Positions 57,001-64,000 of a DNA stretch of 64,000 bases are shown piece by piece; positions within the stretch are counted from its first letter, which is position 1; each line of letters opens with the position of its first letter. The notes under the pieces are model-generated. The model made no database searches, was not told the origin of the DNA, and saw nothing but the letters and a program-made list of their open reading frames with translations. The stretch lies in assembly GCF_009914755.1 (NCBI RefSeq), contig NC_060925.1; one strand, given 5' to 3'. A program made the position numbers and the translations under genes. Source of the stretch: the human T2T-CHM13v2.0 reference genome, Homo sapiens.

Positions 57001-60000
57001 AATCATCTAATGGAATGGAATGGAATAATCCATGGACTCGAATGCAATCATCATCGAATGGAATCGAATGGAATCATCGAATGGACTCGAATGGAATAAT
57101 CATTGAACGGAATCGAATGGAATCATCATCGGATGGAAATGAATGGAATCATCATCGAATGGAATCGAATAGAATTATGGAATGAAATCCAGTGTGATCA
57201 TCATCGAATGGACCCGAATGGAATCATCATCCAACGGAAGCTAATGGAATCAACATCGAATGAATCGAATGGAAACACCATCGAATTGAAACGAATGGAA
57301 TTATCATGAAATTGAAATGGATGGACACATCATCGAATGGATTCGAATGGAATCATCGAATAAAATTGATTGAAATCATCATCAAATGGAATCGAATGGT
57401 ATCATTGAATGGAATCGAATGGAATCATCATCAGATGGAAATGAATGGAATCGTCATAGAATGGAATCGAATGGATTCATTGAATGGAATCAGATGGAAT
57501 CATCGAATGGACTGGAATGGAATCATTGAATGGACTCGAAAGGGATCATGATTGAATGGAATTGAATGGAATCATCGAATGGTCTCGATTGGAATCATTA
57601 TCAAATGGAATCGAATGGAATCACCGAATAGAATCGAATGGAACAATCATCGAATGGACTCAAATGGAATTATCCTCAAATGGAATGGAATGGAATTATC
57701 GAATGCAATCGAATGGAATTATCGAATGCAATCGTATAGAATCATCGAATGGACTCGAATGGAATCATCGAATGGAATGGAATGGAACAGTCAATGAACT
57801 CGAATGGAATCATCATTGAATGGAATCGAATGGAATCATCGAGTGGAATCGAATGGAATTATGATCAAATGGAATCGAATGTAATCATCATCAAATGGAA
57901 TCAAAAATAACCATCATCAATTGGTATTGAATGGAATTGTCATCAAATGGAATTCAAAGGAATCATCATCAAATGGAACCGAATGGAATCCTCATTGAAT
58001 GGAAATGAAAGGGGTCATCATCTAATGGAATCGCATGGAATCATCATCAAATGGAATCGAATGGAATCATCATCAAATGGAATCTAATGGAATCATTGAA
58101 CAGAATTGAATGGAATCGTCATCGAATGAATTGAATGCAATCATCGAATGGTCTCGAATGTAATCATCTTCTAATGGAAAGGAATGGAATCATCGCATAG
58201 AATCGAATGGAATTATCATCGAATGGAATCGAATGGTATCAACACCAAACGGAAAAAAACGGAATTATCGAATGGAATCGAAGAGAATCTTCGAACGGAC
58301 CCGAATGGAATCATCTAATGGAATGGAATGGAATAATCCATGGACTCGAATGCAATCATCATTGAATGGAATCGAATGGAATCATCGAATGGACTCGAAT
58401 GGAATAATCATTGAACGGAATCGAATGGAATCATCATCGGATGGAAATGAATGGAATCATCATCGAATGGAAATGAAAGGAGTCATCATCTAATGGAATT
58501 GCATGGAATCATCATAAAATGGAATCGAATGGAATCAACATCAAATGGAATCAAATGGAATCATTGAACGGAATTGAATGGAATCGTCATCGAATGAATT
58601 GACTGCAATCATCGAATGGTCTCGAATGGAATCATCTTCAAATGGAATGGAATGGAATCATCGCATAGAATCGAATGGAATTATCATCGAATGGAATCGA
58701 ATGGAATCAACATCAAACGGAAAAAAAACGGAATTATCGAAAGGAATCGAAGAGAATCATCGAATGGACCCGAATGGAATCATCTAATGGAATGGAATGG
58801 AATAATCCATGGACTCGAATGCAATCATCATCGAATGGAATCGAATGGAATCATCGAATGGACTCGAATGGAATAATCATTGAACGGAATCGAATGGAAT
58901 CATCATCGGATGGAAATGAATGGAATCATCATCGAATGGAATCGAATAGAATTATGGAATGAAATCCAGTGTGATCATCATCGAATGGACCCGAATGGAA
59001 TCATCATCCAACGGAAGCTAATGGAATCAACATCGAATGAATCGAATGGAAACACCATCGAATTGAAACGAATGGAATTATCATGAAATTGAAATGGATG
59101 GACTCATCATCGAATGGATTCGAATGGAATCATCGAATAAAATTGATTGAAATCATCATCCAATGGAATCGAATGGTATCATTGAATGGAATCGAATGGA
59201 ATCATCATCAGATGGAAATGAATGGAATCGTCATAGAATGGAATCGAATGGATTCATTGAATGGAATCAGATGTAATCATCGAATGGACTGGAATGGAAT
59301 CATTGAATGGACTCAAAAGGGATCATGATTGAATGGAATTGAATGGAATCATCGAATGGTCTCGATTGGAATCATTATCAAATGGAATCGAATGGAATCA
59401 CCGAATAGAATCGAATGGAACAATCATCGAATGGACTCAAATGGAATTATCCTCAAATGGAATCGAATGGAATTATCGAATGCAATCGAATGGAATTATC
59501 GAATGCAATCGAATAGAATCATCGAATGGACTCGAATGGAATCATCGAATGGAATGGAATGGAACAGTCAATGAACTCGAATGGAATCATCATTGAATGG
59601 AATCGAATGGAATCATCGAGTGGAATCGAATGGAATTATGATCAAATGGAATCGAATGTAATCATCATCAAATGGAATCAAAAATAACCATCATCAATTG
59701 GTATTGAATGGAATTGTCATCAAATGGAATTCAAAGGAATCATCATCAAATGGAACCGAATGGAATCCTCATTGAATGGAAATGAAAGGGGTCATCATCT
59801 AATGGAATCGCATGGAATCATCATCAAATGGAATCGAATGGAATCATCATCAAATGGAATCTAATGGAATCATTGAACAGAATTGAATGGAATCGTCATC
59901 GAATGAATTGAATGCAATCATCGAATGGTCTCGAATGGAATCATCTTCTAATGGAAAGGAATGGAATCATCGCATAGAATCGAATGGAATTATCATCGAA

Positions 60001-63000
60001 TGGAATCGAATGGTATCAACACCAAACGGAAAAAAACGGAATTATCGAATGGAATCGAAGAGAATCTTCGAACGGACCCGAATGGAATCATCTAATGGAA
60101 TGGAATGGAATAATCCATGGACTCGAATGCAATCATCATCGAATGGAATGGAATGGAATCATCGAATGGACTCGAATGGAATAATCATTGAACGGAATCG
60201 AATGGAATCATCATCGGATGGAAACGAATGGAATCATCATCGAATGGAAATGAAAGGAGTCATCATCTAATGGAATTGCATGGAATCATCATAAAATGGA
60301 ATCGAATGGAATCAACATCAAATGGAATCAAATGGAATCATTGAACGGAATTGAATGGAATCGTCATCGAATGAATTGACTGCAATCATCGAATGGTCTC
60401 GAATGGAATCATCTTCAAATGGAATGGAATGGAATCATCGCATAGAATCGAATGGAATTATCATCGAATGGAATCGAATGGAATCAACATCAAACGGAAA
60501 AAAAACGGAATTATCGAATGGAATCGAAGAGAATCATCGAATGGACCCGAATGGAATCATCTAATGGAATGGAATGGAATAATCCATGGACTCGAATGCA
60601 ATCATCATCGAATGGAATCGAATGGAATCATCGAATGGACTCGAATGGAATAATCATTGAACGGAATCGAATGGAATCATCATCGGATGGAAATGAATGG
60701 AATCATCATCGAATGGAATCGAATAGAATTATGGAATGAAATCCAGTGTGATCATCATCGAATGGACCCGAATGGAATCATCATCCAACGGAAGCTAATG
60801 GAATCAACATCGAATGAATCGAATGGAAACACCATCGAATTGAAACGAATGGAATTATCATGAAATTGAAATGGATGGACTCATCATCGAATGGATTCGA
60901 ATGGAATCATCGAATAAAATTGATTGAAATCATCATCCAATGGAATCGAATGGTATCATTGAATGGAATCGAATGGAATCATCATCAGATGGAAATGAAT
61001 GGAATCGTCATAGAATGGAATCGAATGGATTCATTGAATGGAATCAGATGGAATCATCGAATGGACTGGAATGGAATCATTGAATGGACTCAAAAGGGAT
61101 CATGATTGAATGGAATTGAATGGAATCATCGAATGGTCTCGATTGGAATCATTATCAAATGGAATCGAATGGAATCACCGAATAGAATCGAATGGAACAA
61201 TCATCGAATGGACTCAAATGGAATTATCCTCAAATGGAATCGAATGGAATTATCGAATGCAATCGAATGGAATTATCGAATGCAATCGAATAGAATCATC
61301 GAATGGACTCGAATGGAATCATCGAATGGAATGGAATGGAACAGTCAATGAACTCGAATGGAATCATCATTGAATGGAATCGAATGGAATCATCGAGTGG
61401 AATCGAATGGAATTATGATCAAATGGAATCGAATGTAATCATCATCAAATGGAATCAAAAATAACCATCATGAATTGGTATTGAATGGAATTGTCATCAA
61501 ATGGAATTCAAAGGAATCATCATCAAATGGAACCGAATGGAATCCTCATTGAATGGAAATGAAAGGGGTCATCATCTAATGGAATCGCATGGAATCATCA
61601 TCAAATGGAATCGAATGGAATCATCATCAAATGGAATCTAATGGAATCATTGAACAGAATTGAATGGAATCGTCATCGAATGAATTGAATGCAATCATCG
61701 AATGGTCTCGAATGGAATCATCTTCTAATGGAAAGGAATGGAATCATCGCATAGAATCGAATGGAATTATCATCGAATGGAATCGAATGGTATCAACACC
61801 AAACGGAAAAAAACGGAATTATCGAATGGAATCGAAGAGAATCTTCGAACGGACCCGAATGGAATCATCTAATGGAATGGAATGGAATAATCCATGGACT
61901 CGAATGCAATCATCATCGAATGGAATGGAATGGAATCATCGAATGGACTCGAATGGAATAATCATTGAACGGAATCGAATGGAATCATCATCGGATGGAA
62001 ACGAATGGAATCATCATCGAATGGAAATGAAAGGAGTCATCATCTAATGGAATTGCATGGAATCATCATAAAATGGAATCGAATGGAATCAACATCAAAT
62101 GGAATCAAATGGAATCATTGAACGGAATTGAATGGAATCGTCATCGAATGAATTGACTGCAATCATCGAATGGTCTCGAATGGAATCATCTTCAAATGGA
62201 ATGGAATGGAATCATCGCATAGAATCGAATGGAATTATCATCGAATGGAATCGAATGGAATCAACATCAAACGGAAAAAAAACGGAATTATCGAATGGAA
62301 TCGAAGAGAATCATCGAATGGACCCGAATGGAATCATCTAATGGAATGGAATGGAATAATCCATGGACTCGAATGCAATCATCATCGAATGGAATCGAAT
62401 GGAATCATCGAATGGACTCGAATGGAATAATCATTGAACGGAATCGAATGGAATCATCATCGGATGGAAATGAATGGAATCATCATCGAATGGAATCGAA
62501 TAGAATTATGGAATGAAATCCAGTGTGATCATCATCGAATGGACCCGAATGGAATCATCATCCAACGGAAGCTAATGGAATCAACATCGAATGAATCGAA
62601 TGGAAACACCATCGAATTGAAACGAATGGAATTATCATGAAATTGAAATGGATGGACTCATCATCGAATGGATTCGAATGGAATCATCGAATAAAATTGA
62701 TTGAAATCATCATCCAATGGAATCGAATGGTATCATTGAATGGAATCGAATGGAATCATCATCAGATGGAAATGAATGGAATCGTCATAGAATGGAATCG
62801 AATGGATTCATTGAATGGAATCAGATGGAATCATCGAATGGACTGGAATGGAATCATTGAATGGACTCAAAAGGGATCATGATTGAATGGAATTGAATGG
62901 AATCATCGAATGGTCTCGATTGGAATCATTATCAAATGGAATCGAATGGAATCACCGAATAGAATCGAATGGAACAATCATCGAATGGACTCAAATGGAA

Positions 63001-63440
63001 TTATCCTCAAATGGAATCGAATGGAATTATCGAATGCAATCGAATGGAATTATCGAATGCAATCGAATAGAATCATCGAATGGACTCGAATGGAATCATC
63101 GAATGGAATGGAATGGAACAGTCAATGAACTCGAATGGAATCATCATTGAATGGAATCGAATGGAATCATCGAGTGGAATCGAATGGAATTATGATCAAA
63201 TGGAATCGAATGTAATCATCATCAAATGGAATCAAAAATAACCATCATGAATTGGTATTGAATGGAATTGTCATCAAATGGAATTCAAAGGAATCATCAT
63301 CAAATGGAACCGAATGGAATCCTCATTGAATGGAAATGAAAGGGGTCATCATCTAATGGAATCGCATGGAATCATCATCAAATGGAATCGAATGGAATCA
63401 TCATCAAATGGAATCTAATGGAATCATTGAACAGAATTGA
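51006..63440 (+). repeat. Run of 7 canonical units (4 x 1776 bp, then 3 x 1777 bp)
   Basis: Starts at 51006, 52782, 54558, 56334, 58110, 59887 and 61664; next start at 63441. The last three B modules carry A8. Confidence 0.92.
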
Positions 63441-64000
63441 ATGGAATCGTCATCGAATGAATTGAATGCAATCATCGAATGGTCTCGAATGGAATCATCT
63501 TCTAATGGAAAGGAATGGAATCATCGCATAGAATCGAATGGAATTATCATCGAATGGAATCGAATGGTATCAACACCAAACGGAAAAAAACGGAATTATC
63601 GAATGGAATCGAAGAGAATCTTCGAACGGACCCGAATGGAATCATCTAATGGAATGGAATGGAATAATCCATGGACTCGAATGCAATCATCATCGAATGG
63701 AATGGAATGGAATCATCGAATGGACTCGAATGGAATAATCATTGAACGGAATCGAATGGAATCATCATCGGATGGAAACGAATGGAATCATCATCGAATG
63801 GAAATGAAAGGAGTCATCATCTAATGGAATTGCATGGAATCATCATAAAATGGAATCGAATGGAATCAACATCAAATGGAATCAAATGGAATCATTGAAC
63901 GGAATTGAATGGAATCGTCATCGAATGAATTGACTGCAATCATCGAATGGTCTCGAATGGAATCATCTTCAAATGGAATGGAATGGAATCATCGCATAGA

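Larger units (their letters stand above)
1..64000 (+). repeat. Human satellite II (HSat2/HSATII) tandem array with a 1776-bp higher-order unit, probably chr1q12 D1Z1/pUC1.77-type pericentromeric heterochromatin
   Basis: The entire window is GAATGGAATC-GAATGGAATC-ATC(ATC) repeats, the reverse complement of the HSat2 CATTC/CATTCGATTC motif, with dense TCGA. Distinctive landmarks (CCAGTGTGATC, GGAAGCTAATGG, GAAAGGGGTCATC, GAATTCAAAGG) recur every 1776 bp. No non-satellite insertion or strand switch was seen. Confidence 0.97.

Noticed and set aside
5-63824. Hundreds of 60-170 aa + strand ORFs (MESSSNE..., MKLKWMD...)
   Set aside because: They are translations of GGAAT-type repeats (MEWN/NGIEW), overlap in several frames and recur with the repeat period. 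Stops and frameshifts appear at random, and there is no recognisable domain or gene structure.
1-64000. CRISPR-like regularly spaced repeats
   Set aside because: There are no unique spacers or cas genes; all intervening sequence is itself satellite.
1-64000. Alpha satellite or HSat3/DYZ1 identity
   Set aside because: There is no 171-bp monomer. Long pure (GGAAT)n runs are absent, and CATCAT/TCGA punctuation with a 1776-bp period indicates HSat2.
1-64000. Embedded L1/Alu insertion or inversion breakpoint
   Set aside because: All spacings between unit landmarks are accounted for by satellite-internal indels. No poly-A tail, foreign sequence or CATTC-strand segment was seen.

Overview
The whole 64 kb window is one uninterrupted, single-orientation tandem array of human satellite II (HSat2/HSATII), read on its GAATG-rich strand. 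The small-scale repeat is degenerate GGAAT/CGAAT pentamers punctuated by CAT/CATCAT (23/26-bp subunits). These are organised into a 1776-bp higher-order unit with one conserved EcoRI site, which matches the ~1.77-kb chr1q12 (D1Z1/pUC1.77, HSat2A-type) family; that assignment is from established knowledge and was not verified by alignment. Each canonical unit holds two paralogous 468-bp modules (A and B) plus about 840 bp of other sequence. Of 38 complete units, 22 are 1776/1777 bp and 16 are structural variants (1063, 1079, 1285, 1307, 1308, 1455, 1743, 1746, 1923, 2244, 2391 bp). All variant lengths can be explained by gain or loss of the 468-bp module, a recurrent 713-bp deletion, a divergent module with a 147-bp duplication, and small indels. 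I found no credible genes, RNA genes, transposons or CRISPR; the ORF track is a repeat artefact. I found no new protein-coding system. The interesting signal is the array's recombination history, including a colinear match of rare variants at a ~50.9-kb offset.
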